64,000 nt of DNA from Actinomycetes bacterium (GTDB lineage Bacteria; Actinomycetota; Acidimicrobiia; Acidimicrobiales; RAAP-2), in the NCBI GenBank assembly GCA_021798955.1, contig JAJZBK010000002.1:15650-79649 (forward strand). The letters are read 5' to 3'. The stretch's first letter is position 1; every line of letters starts with the position of its first letter. The notes below the pieces were generated by a model. It was not told the origin of the DNA. It saw nothing but the letters and a program-made list of their open reading frames with translations, and searched no databases. The translations under genes and the position numbers were made by a program. Below, one piece after another: positions 8,984 through 16,752 of this stretch.

Positions 8984-9826
8984 ATGAAACTGGCCAACCT
9001 GGCAGGCCGCGCAGCCCTCGTGGTCGGCGACCGCGCCATCGACCTCGCGACGGTCACCGACGGGGACCTGGGACCCGACGTCCAGCCCCTCTTCGCCCGC
9101 TGGCCCGAGGTCCAGGCCGTCGCCGCACGCCTCGGCGCCGACGACGGCCACCCCTTCGACCCGGCGCTCCTCGGACCGCCCGTGCCCCGTCCTGCCCAGG
9201 TGTTCGCCATCGGGCTCAACTACCGGGCCCACGCCGAGGAGTCGGGCATGGAGCTCCCCGAGGTGCCGGCCACCTTCACCAAGTTCCCGGCGTGCCTGAA
9301 CGGCCCCTTCGGGGATGTCGAGGTCCCCACCGACACCACCGACTGGGAGGTCGAGCTGGTGGTGGTCATCGGCGAGCTGGCCGATCGGATAGCCGAGGGC
9401 GCGGCGTGGGACCACGTCGCCGGGCTCACCGTCGGTCAAGATCTCTCCGAGCGAACCGTGCAGTTCGCCGCCGGGCGCCAATTCTCGTTGGGGAAGTCGT
9501 TCCGCGGGTTCGCTCCCATCGGCCCGTGGGTGGTCACCCCCGACGAGCTCGACAACCCCGACGACCTGGCCCTCGGCTGCTCCCTCAACGGCGAGACCGT
9601 CCAGTCGTCACGTACGAGCGACCTCGTCTTCACCGTTCCGCAGCTCATCGCCGAGCTGTCGGCCGTGGTGCCACTCCTGCCCGGCGACCTCGTCTTCACG
9701 GGCACGCCCGCCGGGATCGGGTCGGCCCGCACCCCGCCGCGCTACCTCCACCCCGGCGACGTGCTCGAGTCGTGGGTGGAAGGCATCGGCTCGATCCGCA
9801 ATACCATGGTCGCCGCCCGCCCCTGA
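8984..9826 (+). CDS. Fumarylacetoacetate hydrolase (FAH) family protein
   Basis: 280 aa with typical FAH-fold motifs (VFAIGLNYRAHAEE, DWEVELVVVIG, GDLVFTGTPAGIG). Confidence 0.9.
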   Translation: MKLANLAGRAALVVGDRAIDLATVTDGDLGPDVQPLFARWPEVQAVAARLGADDGHPFDPALLGPPVPRPAQVFAIGLNYRAHAEESGMELPEVPATFTKFPACLNGPFGDVEVPTDTTDWEVELVVVIGELADRIAEGAAWDHVAGLTVGQDLSERTVQFAAGRQFSLGKSFRGFAPIGPWVVTPDELDNPDDLALGCSLNGETVQSSRTSDLVFTVPQLIAELSAVVPLLPGDLVFTGTPAGIGSARTPPRYLHPGDVLESWVEGIGSIRNTMVAARP

Positions 9827-9926
9827 GCCCTCCCCTGGCGGTGCTCGCCGTCCCTCCACCGTCCCTGGCGGTGCCCGCCCGACACCGTTCGGGCCAGGCT
9901 GTGCCGGGCCGTACGGTGGACCGGTC

Positions 9927-9993
9927 TTACCCCAACAGGGCCTTGGCGATCACCACCAGCTGGACCTGGTTGGTGCCCTCGTAGATCTGGGTG
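9927..9993 (-). pseudogene. Orphan 3'-terminal fragment of an acyl-CoA dehydrogenase gene (displaced att-like copy)
   Basis: Encodes ...TQIYEGTNQVQLVVIAKALLG*, matching the C-terminus ...ITQIYEGTNQVQRVVIAKALLG* of the intact ACAD at 14147..15304. No ACAD body lies upstream of it. Confidence 0.7.
9941..9993. repeat. Left copy of a 53-bp direct repeat (att-like)
   Basis: ccttGgcgatcaccacCAgctggacctggttggtgccctcgtagatctgggtg matches 14161-14213 with 2 mismatches and a 35-bp perfect core. The offset is exactly 4220 bp. Confidence 0.85.
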
Positions 9994-10122
9994 TTCCTCG
10001 GCGGCCGTCCAGGGAACCGTCTCACGTGCGCTGACCTGCGCTGGTTCGGTTGGTCGTCCGGCCCTGCGTACCCGGTCGGCCCGGTTTGTAGGGATGGAGT
10101 AGGGATGCTCGGCACATCTCGC

Positions 10123-12105
10123 TCACCGGCCGAGTGACGAGCTGCGCCGCTTGAAGAGCGCCTTGCGGGCCGCCTTGGCCACCACCTTCGACGGGTGGAC
10201 CTGACCGATGACGGTCAGCACCAGGTCCGTCGCCGCCGACGGTGCCCGCCACAACCGGTCGATCACGGCGATCTGCCTGCCATGGTCGCCAACAATCTCC
10301 AAGGTAGGGACGAGGCCCTCGGGCCCGGCCGTCGCCATGCGATAGGCGAGCACGTCGACGAACGGGTTCGGATCCGACGGGTCGAAGAGGTCCACCTCGG
10401 CGGCCTGGCCATGGTCGACCAGCCAGCACAGGGCGAAGCCGCGGACAGTCGGTTCCGTGGCGAGCCGGCGCACATGAGGCGTTGCGACGTCGACGCCGAT
10501 CTCTCCCAGGACGGCCAATGCCAGGTTCTGCAGAGCGGGGTCGTCGAGCTCCAACACGGCGTCCGACATCTCGGAAGCGGCCTGTTCCGGCTGGCGCCGT
10601 TGGCGCCAGGCCATGATCTCCCCGTACACGGTCTGGAAGTCGTCCTTGTCGGTGCCGAGCAGCAGCTCGGCGGCGGTGGCATCGGCGAACCGTCCGGCCA
10701 CCGGCGTGTCGTAGCCGGCATCACCGAGGATCCGACGGACCGTCATCACCCCGGCCGGGGTCAGCTCGACCGTCCCACCGGAGCGGCGACGTCCGACTTC
10801 GGGCTGCTCGGTACCGTCACGGCGCACCACCCCGGCCAGCTCGAAGGCATACATGATGTCAACCACGTCGGTGAGGATGATCTGCTCCACCTGGTCGTCG
10901 GAAAGGCGGAATTCGAACGTGTCGAGCACAGCATTGGTGGCTGTCGCGCCTATGTCCTCGATCGGGACGGGGCCGTGCGCGGCGTAGGGAGCGATCAGGA
11001 GACGCACGCTCATCTGGTCCAGGAGCCGGTTGACCTCGGTCCAGGCGAACCAGCCGTCGGGGTCCCGCTGGGCCTGGAGCGGCCCCAAGGCCAGCAACCC
11101 ATCCACCGCCCGATCGAAGGACCCGACCGGGTCACGGCCCAGGGCCAAGCCACGCTTGGTGGCGACGACCTTGCCGTGGACGATCCGCAGGATGCCGGCC
11201 TTCTTAGCCCATGCGAACACAAGCGTGAGCCCGGGCAGTTCGGCGGCGCTCTTGGTCTTGAACGTCCGGTCGCCGACGGTCTCGTCCATCGCCTCGCCGG
11301 TACCGAGCAGATCGACCAGCACGCGGGCATCGGCCAGGGTGAGGTTACCCGTCTGGGTCAGCTTGCGGCCGCTCCCGACGAAGCCGGCGAGGTCCTCGAA
11401 CATCCGGAGGATCGGCGCGGCCACCTTGGACGCTGCGACCTCGTCGTCGCCGGGCAACGGTATCGGCGGGAGCCCCGGCCGGCGGGCCGGGCCAGAGAAG
11501 GCTGAGTCAGGGAGAATGCGGAACCGCTCCTCGTCCGGCTTGTCGTTGAAGCCGTTCATCCACTCCATGAGCTCGGCTGGGTCGCTGGCGTCGACACCTT
11601 CGTCGACCGCCGCGGCGAACAACGACTTGGCCATGCCGAACTTCGACCGGTCTCCCATGGCAGCCACGAACTCGTCGGTCAGGGTCGCGAGCAGGTCGAC
11701 GAGCTCGGCCGACGGTGACGAACCGACCCCGGCCAGTCCCTCGTCGTCGAGAAAGGTCAGAAAGGCGCCCAGCGCCGGCGGGATCGAGATGCAGGCCGCC
11801 TGGGTGACGCTCAGCTTTCGAGGGCACCACTCCAACAGGAATTCAGCCACGTCGTCGGGGACCCAGGTGGCCAGCCGGCCATCGGCGTAGCTCCACTTCC
11901 AGTCCAGTGCGACGCCGACATCGCCGGCGAGCTCACCGGCCCCGTCGTCCCCGACACCGATCGCACGGCTCGCCCACACGGCGAACCGGTCGAGCAGTAC
12001 CCCGCGGGCTTCCCGGAACGCGTCCTCGTCCTCGTGGTCGATATCGAGCTTCACGGCGCCGACCTTCTCACGGGTGCAACTCTCCCACGGGTGCAACTCT
12101 CCCAC
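10123..12105 (-). CDS. Hypothetical 660-aa protein (no recognisable catalytic motif; mostly helical by composition)
   Basis: Long ORF with coding-like codon bias, divergent from the AbiE pair. The start is ambiguous: GTG 12105 lies inside a 17-bp tandem repeat, while the in-frame GTG 12054 has a GAGAAGG SD-like element. Confidence 0.65.
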   Translation of the reverse strand: MGELHPWESCTREKVGAVKLDIDHEDEDAFREARGVLLDRFAVWASRAIGVGDDGAGELAGDVGVALDWKWSYADGRLATWVPDDVAEFLLEWCPRKLSVTQAACISIPPALGAFLTFLDDEGLAGVGSSPSAELVDLLATLTDEFVAAMGDRSKFGMAKSLFAAAVDEGVDASDPAELMEWMNGFNDKPDEERFRILPDSAFSGPARRPGLPPIPLPGDDEVAASKVAAPILRMFEDLAGFVGSGRKLTQTGNLTLADARVLVDLLGTGEAMDETVGDRTFKTKSAAELPGLTLVFAWAKKAGILRIVHGKVVATKRGLALGRDPVGSFDRAVDGLLALGPLQAQRDPDGWFAWTEVNRLLDQMSVRLLIAPYAAHGPVPIEDIGATATNAVLDTFEFRLSDDQVEQIILTDVVDIMYAFELAGVVRRDGTEQPEVGRRRSGGTVELTPAGVMTVRRILGDAGYDTPVAGRFADATAAELLLGTDKDDFQTVYGEIMAWRQRRQPEQAASEMSDAVLELDDPALQNLALAVLGEIGVDVATPHVRRLATEPTVRGFALCWLVDHGQAAEVDLFDPSDPNPFVDVLAYRMATAGPEGLVPTLEIVGDHGRQIAVIDRLWRAPSAATDLVLTVIGQVHPSKVVAKAARKALFKRRSSSLGR

Positions 12106-12110
12106 GGGTG
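12069..12110. repeat. 17-bp tandem repeat, about 2.5 copies (cacgggtgcaactctcc)
   Basis: Perfect copies at 12069-12085 and 12086-12102, then a partial copy at 12103-12110. The unit is not a multiple of 3 and sits at the 5' end or leader of the 660-aa gene. Confidence 0.85.
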
Positions 12111-12350
12111 GATGAACTCGAGCGTGGGGTGTTCGGCGAGCGCCTGCTGCTCCTCCTCGGCGTCACACGTGAAGAAGGTCGACCCCCGACGGTTTCGACC
12201 GGCTTCATGTCGTGTTCCAACCGACGTGCGACACCTGGTGAGCGACGTCGCTCTGGTTCCTCCCCAGCGGGTAGATCGGGTCGTCCGAGCCGACGTTATG
12301 TTTGCATACAGACCGCTCTTCCGTATTATTGTGACGTAATAGGTGCTCTG

Positions 12351-13130
12351 ATGAAAACACGACCGTTGCCCACCAGTCTGGCGCGGGTGGTCGAGGAGCT
12401 GGAGCTCCGGCAGCCCGCTGTGGTGACCCGGTCCCTCCTTCGGGAGATCTCGGCCGGCGCCGATCTCCGGCTGCCCGAGGACACCGTCGCTGAGCGCCTC
12501 GTCCGTTACGGCTGGCTGCTCCCACTGCGCCGCCGCGATGCTTGGGAGTTCGCTCCCGCCGCCAGGGCGGGCCGGTACCCGGCGGGCGATCCCTGGATCG
12601 AACTGCGCGCCCTGCTGGAGCACGAGCCCGACGCCCCGGTGGCCGTGGCGTTCGAGTCCGCCGTCTGGGAGCTGGGCCACGCCACCCACAAGCCGACCCG
12701 ACCGGTCCTCGCCCATCGACGCGGTTGGCGGCCACCTCGGTCCCTGGGCGCCAGGGCCGTCACGTTCGACTGGCGTCTGCCGACGCGCACGGTGAAGGGC
12801 CTGCCGGTGTGGGGTGAGCCGACCGTCGTGGTAGCGGCCGCGGAACGACCGACCGCGCAGGGCAATTGGGCCAACGCCGACGACTGGTTGTCGGAGACGT
12901 TCGGAGTGCTGGCGCCGGACGAGGTCTTGACCGAGGCGGCCGGCAGGAACGTCTCGACCCTGGCACGCCTGGGCTACCTCGCTGAATGGTCCGGCCGCGA
13001 CGACATCGCGGATGAGATCGAGGCCGTGCTCCCGAACCGGCTCCCCGTGACGTTCCTCGGCCCGCGGGAGCGACGTGACAGGTGGAGCCGCCGCTGGCGT
13101 GTGTACGACTCGCTCCTGCCGGCGCGATGA
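12351..13130 (+). CDS. AbiEi-like antitoxin (type IV TA / abortive infection)
   Basis: 259 aa from the ATG at 12351, after an AT-rich stretch (ccgtattattgtgacgtaatagg). Its stop overlaps the AbiEii start (ATGA). The assignment rests mainly on its position and size upstream of AbiEii. Confidence 0.55.
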   Translation: MKTRPLPTSLARVVEELELRQPAVVTRSLLREISAGADLRLPEDTVAERLVRYGWLLPLRRRDAWEFAPAARAGRYPAGDPWIELRALLEHEPDAPVAVAFESAVWELGHATHKPTRPVLAHRRGWRPPRSLGARAVTFDWRLPTRTVKGLPVWGEPTVVVAAAERPTAQGNWANADDWLSETFGVLAPDEVLTEAAGRNVSTLARLGYLAEWSGRDDIADEIEAVLPNRLPVTFLGPRERRDRWSRRWRVYDSLLPAR

Positions 13131-13996
13131 TCACCCAGGGCTACCTCTCGCGACACTTCCAGGGGAGGCGCGGGATGGCGGACGCGGCGTTGCTCGACGT
13201 CGCGCAGGACTACGTCCTGAAGTTCCTACACGAACAAGGGCTGTTCGACCTCGGCGCCGTCCTCAAGGGCGGGACGTCGCTGCGCAAGCTGCGCGCCGGA
13301 AACGCTGGCCGGTTCTCGACGGACCTCGACTTCGCGACACCCGACGTGGAGACGGGCGAGCTCCTGTTGGACACGATCGACGGCGCCGAGCTCTTCGATG
13401 TGCGCTTCAGACTCGCCGATCGTGAGGCACTGCGTGCCAAACTGGTGGTCGACACGCCGCTCGGTCAGCCGCAGATTCCCGCACGCATCGAGATCTCGCC
13501 CCGGCCGTTGTGGCTGCCGACCGAAGCGACAGCGCCCGTCACGCTCCCGGTTCATGCCGGGTATGAATTCACACCGCCGTCCATTCCTGCACCTGCTCTC
13601 GAGGAATCGCTGTCGGAGAAGCTGGCGGCATGGCGCAGACGGCGCAAGATCCGCGACCTCTACGACCTCGACCTGTTCGGTCACGGAAGCCTCGACGAGC
13701 CGTTGATCCGCCGCCTGCTCGTGCTCAAGGTCTGGCATGACGTCGTCGACGACGGCCTCGGCACGAGACCGTTCGATCCGAACGAGATCGTCGAGGGCAT
13801 CGAGATCCGCCGGCTGCCGGCGGAAGACATCGGGCTGCTCACGCAACCCGTTGACCCCGCGGCATGGCTCGCCCGCGTCCGAGTCCGGTACCGATTCGTC
13901 ACGGCGCTCGACGATGTCGAGATCGGCGTGGCCGCATGCGATCCGCGGGACCGCCATGCGGTGTCCCGGCTCGTCAGCGAGCTGCAAGGGCACTGA
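13127..13996 (+). CDS. Nucleotidyltransferase AbiEii/AbiGii-family toxin (DUF1814)
   Basis: The N-terminal motif DVAQDYVLKFL...LKGGTSLRKL...RFSTDLDF is characteristic of AbiEii. The ATG at 13127 overlaps the upstream stop. Confidence 0.8.
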   Translation: MITQGYLSRHFQGRRGMADAALLDVAQDYVLKFLHEQGLFDLGAVLKGGTSLRKLRAGNAGRFSTDLDFATPDVETGELLLDTIDGAELFDVRFRLADREALRAKLVVDTPLGQPQIPARIEISPRPLWLPTEATAPVTLPVHAGYEFTPPSIPAPALEESLSEKLAAWRRRRKIRDLYDLDLFGHGSLDEPLIRRLLVLKVWHDVVDDGLGTRPFDPNEIVEGIEIRRLPAEDIGLLTQPVDPAAWLARVRVRYRFVTALDDVEIGVAACDPRDRHAVSRLVSELQGH

Positions 13997-14146
13997 TCCC
14001 ACATCCGCGAGAGCGCTACGGATGCGATCGCCTGACGAGGCCTCACCCTCGGAGTCATGCCCACCTGCGTGGGACGACCCTTCCGGTGCAGCCCGTGAAG
14101 GCCCGCACCTCCCGTACGCCTGGGGGGCGGGCCCGGATGGCCGCCC

Positions 14147-15304
14147 CTACCCGAGCAGCGCCTTCGCGATCACCACCCGCTGGACCTGGTTGGTGCCCTC
14201 GTAGATCTGGGTGATCTTGGCGTCGCGCAGGAAGCGCTCGACGGGGAAGTCGGTCGTGTAGCCGTAGCCGCCGAGGAGCTGCACGGCGTCGGTGGTGACC
14301 GCCATGGCGGTGTCCGAGGCGACGCACTTGGCCATGGCCCCCACCATCGACAGGTCGCCGTCGGGGTCGCCGGCGTCCACCAAGGCGCACGCCCGGTAGA
14401 CGAGCCCTCGGGCAGCCTCGGTCCGCATGGCCATGTCGGCGACCATGAAGCGCAGGCCCTGCAGCTCGGCGATCGGCTTGCCGAACGCCTTGCGCTCCTT
14501 CAGGTAGCCCACCGCGTAGTCGATGGCCCCCTGGGCGATGCCGACGGCCTGAGCCCCGATGGTCGGCCGGCTCCGGTCGAGGGTGTGCATGGCGATCAGG
14601 AAGCCTTGGCCCTCCTCGCCGATGCGGTGGCTCGCCGGTACGCGCACATCCTCGAAGACGACCTCGCCCGTCGGGCTCCCTCGCAGCCCGAGCTTGTGCT
14701 CGAGCTTGGTCACCCGCACGCCCCAGTCCTTCTCGACGAGGAAGCAGCTGATGCCCCGATGGCCGGCCGAGGGGTCTGTCTTGGCGAAGACCGTGTAGGT
14801 GTCCGACACGCCGGCGTTGGTGATCCAGTACTTGGTGCCGTTGAGCACGTAGTCGTCCCCATCGCGCTCGGCCCGGCACCGCATGGCCGCCACGTCGCTA
14901 CCGGCGTCGGGCTCGGAGAGGCAGTAGCTGGCCTGGGACTGCCCGGAGGCGACTCGGGGCAGGTACGTGCGCTTGAGCTCCTCGGAGCCGAAGTTCATCA
15001 CCGGCAGCATGCCGAGCTTGGTGACGAGGAACGTCACCGACGTCGAGGCGCACACCCGGGCGAGCTCCTCGGCGGCGATGGCCTGGGTGACCATGTCGGC
15101 ACCGGCACCCCCGTACTCGGCCGGGAAGGCGAGGGCAGGCAGCTCCATTTCGGTGAGGGCCTTGTAGCTCTCCCAGGGGAACGCCTCGTCGCGGTCGACG
15201 GCGGCCGCGTGGGGGGCGATGCGTGCTTCAGCCATCTGACGCACGGCGTCACGGAACTGGCGGTGGGTATCGGAGAGCAGGAAGGCGGCGGAGTCCATCC
15301 CCAC
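14147..15304 (-). CDS. Acyl-CoA dehydrogenase (short/branched-chain type)
   Basis: 385 aa with canonical ACAD motifs (YCLSEPDAGSD, GGYGYTTDFPVERFLRDAKITQIYEGTNQVQ). Confidence 0.92.
   Translation of the reverse strand: MGMDSAAFLLSDTHRQFRDAVRQMAEARIAPHAAAVDRDEAFPWESYKALTEMELPALAFPAEYGGAGADMVTQAIAAEELARVCASTSVTFLVTKLGMLPVMNFGSEELKRTYLPRVASGQSQASYCLSEPDAGSDVAAMRCRAERDGDDYVLNGTKYWITNAGVSDTYTVFAKTDPSAGHRGISCFLVEKDWGVRVTKLEHKLGLRGSPTGEVVFEDVRVPASHRIGEEGQGFLIAMHTLDRSRPTIGAQAVGIAQGAIDYAVGYLKERKAFGKPIAELQGLRFMVADMAMRTEAARGLVYRACALVDAGDPDGDLSMVGAMAKCVASDTAMAVTTDAVQLLGGYGYTTDFPVERFLRDAKITQIYEGTNQVQRVVIAKALLG
14161..14213. repeat. Right copy of the 53-bp direct repeat (inside the intact ACAD 3' end)
   Basis: See 9941-9993. 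Confidence 0.85.
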
Positions 15305-15323
15305 AACCTACCCATCGGTCACC

Positions 15324-16067
15324 ATGCCGATGGTCCCTTCGCCCCGTGCGCCGCACGAACCTCCCTTCCGGGGTTTACTAGGGCCGATGGACGGGACCGG
15401 CCGACCCGATGATCGACGCCCCTTTCCGCCCCCGGCCAGCGGTGACCGTGGGCCCGTGGCCCGCCCCCGACCAACGGAGAGGAGACCTGCACGGCCCACC
15501 GCCGAGGACAGGTCGAGCCGGAGCGGGTTAGAACCGGCCTCCTCTCGTACCCTCGAGTCTCCGATCGGGACGCTCCTCCTCGTCGCCACCGCGGTCGGGC
15601 TGGTCCGGCTGGGCCTGCCGACCGAAGACCACGACGGCGTGCTCACCGACCTGGTCGGGAGGACGGGCCTCGCGCTGGACCAGGCCCCTCGCCTGCTCGA
15701 CCCGGCCGCCCGCGCCCTCGACGCCTACTTCACCGGCCGGAGCCGCACCGTCGATCTGCCGGTCGACCTGCGCCTCCTCCGTGGGTTCCGACGTGAGGTA
15801 GCGCGCTCGCTCACCACCATCGCCTACGGCACCACCCGGAGCTACGCCGCCGTAGCCGCTCGGCTCGGGCACCCCAAGGCGGCCAGGGCCGTCGGGACGG
15901 CGTGTGCGTCCAACCCCGTCCCGCTCGTCCTCCCCTGCCACCGGGTGGTACGGGCCGACGGCACCGTCGGCGGCTACCGGGGTGGCGCCGAGCTGAAGGC
16001 AGCACTGCTCGCCTTCGAGGCGGGTGGCGGGCGGCCCGAGCTCCTCACCGGCCATCCCCGGACCTGA
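15324..16067 (+). CDS. ogt: Methylated-DNA--protein-cysteine methyltransferase (Ogt/MGMT)
   Basis: Active-site motif LVLPCHRVV and the DNA-binding region TRSYAAVAARLGHPKAARAVGTACASNP. The N-terminal roughly 70 aa are low complexity, so the true start may be downstream (for example the ATG at 15387). Confidence 0.8.
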   Translation: MPMVPSPRAPHEPPFRGLLGPMDGTGRPDDRRPFPPPASGDRGPVARPRPTERRPARPTAEDRSSRSGLEPASSRTLESPIGTLLLVATAVGLVRLGLPTEDHDGVLTDLVGRTGLALDQAPRLLDPAARALDAYFTGRSRTVDLPVDLRLLRGFRREVARSLTTIAYGTTRSYAAVAARLGHPKAARAVGTACASNPVPLVLPCHRVVRADGTVGGYRGGAELKAALLAFEAGGGRPELLTGHPRT

Positions 16068-16140
16068 CGACGGCCCGAGGTAGCACCATCAGGGCCGCCG
16101 CCCGGGGCCAGCCACCCGGAGTGGTAGCCGGAGCCCTCGT

Positions 16141-16737
16141 TCAGCCCGCCGCGGCAGCCGGCTCGGGCGATCCTCCCGCCGGCTCGGGCGATCCTCCCGC
16201 CGGCTGGGGCGATCCTCCAGCCAGGTCGTCGATGACGAGGAGGGAGCGCCACGCGCCGAGCTGCTGGGAGACCTCGTCGGCGGTGAGCCGGTAGGTCTCC
16301 GGGCGCACCCGGTCGCAGATGGCTCGCTGGACGCTGGTGTGGTGCGACGCCGAGCGGAAGAGGGGCACCCGGAAGGCGACCAGGTCGGCAGGCGCCCCGG
16401 GGAGGAAGCCCCACAACGCGGCACCAAAACGGAGGTCACCCAGCACCGGAGCCCGACCGAGCTCGGCCGCGTGGCGCATGGCCACGGCGGTGATGCCGGC
16501 CAGGACGTCGTGCAGGTGCTCACCCGGTTGCAGCTCGACCTCGCCCTCGAGGTAATGGGCCAGTTTGGCCGCGTAGCCGATATCCGGCCCGGGGCTGCCC
16601 ATCCGGCGGCCCTTCGGTTGGCTGGTCGAGCGAACTTCGGCAGGACGCGACTGCGTCCAGATGCGAGGGACGCTCAGCCGGTACGCCGGACGAACCTGGT
16701 CGGCTTCGACGATCGGGACGAAGTTGGGCTGGGTCAC
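16141..16737 (-). CDS. Hypothetical protein with C-terminal AGGSP(E/Q)P x3 repeat
   Basis: 198-aa ORF 15 nt downstream of cimA in the same operon. No motif was recognised. Confidence 0.55.
   Translation of the reverse strand: MTQPNFVPIVEADQVRPAYRLSVPRIWTQSRPAEVRSTSQPKGRRMGSPGPDIGYAAKLAHYLEGEVELQPGEHLHDVLAGITAVAMRHAAELGRAPVLGDLRFGAALWGFLPGAPADLVAFRVPLFRSASHHTSVQRAICDRVRPETYRLTADEVSQQLGAWRSLLVIDDLAGGSPQPAGGSPEPAGGSPEPAAAAG
16159..16221. repeat. 21-bp tandem repeat x3 (cggctcgggcgatcctcccgc)
   Basis: Two perfect copies plus a third with 2 mismatches. In frame, it encodes the C-terminal GGSPEPA repeats of the 16141..16737 product. Confidence 0.85.
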
Positions 16738-16752
16738 GCTGCTTCTACTCTC

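Larger units (their letters stand above)
9994..14213. mobile_element. 4.22-kb insertion (integrase-less islet) in the 3' end of an acyl-CoA dehydrogenase gene
   Basis: Bounded by the 53-bp direct repeats. Cargo is a 660-aa orphan protein plus AbiEi/AbiEii. No recombinase is recognisable inside. Confidence 0.5.
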
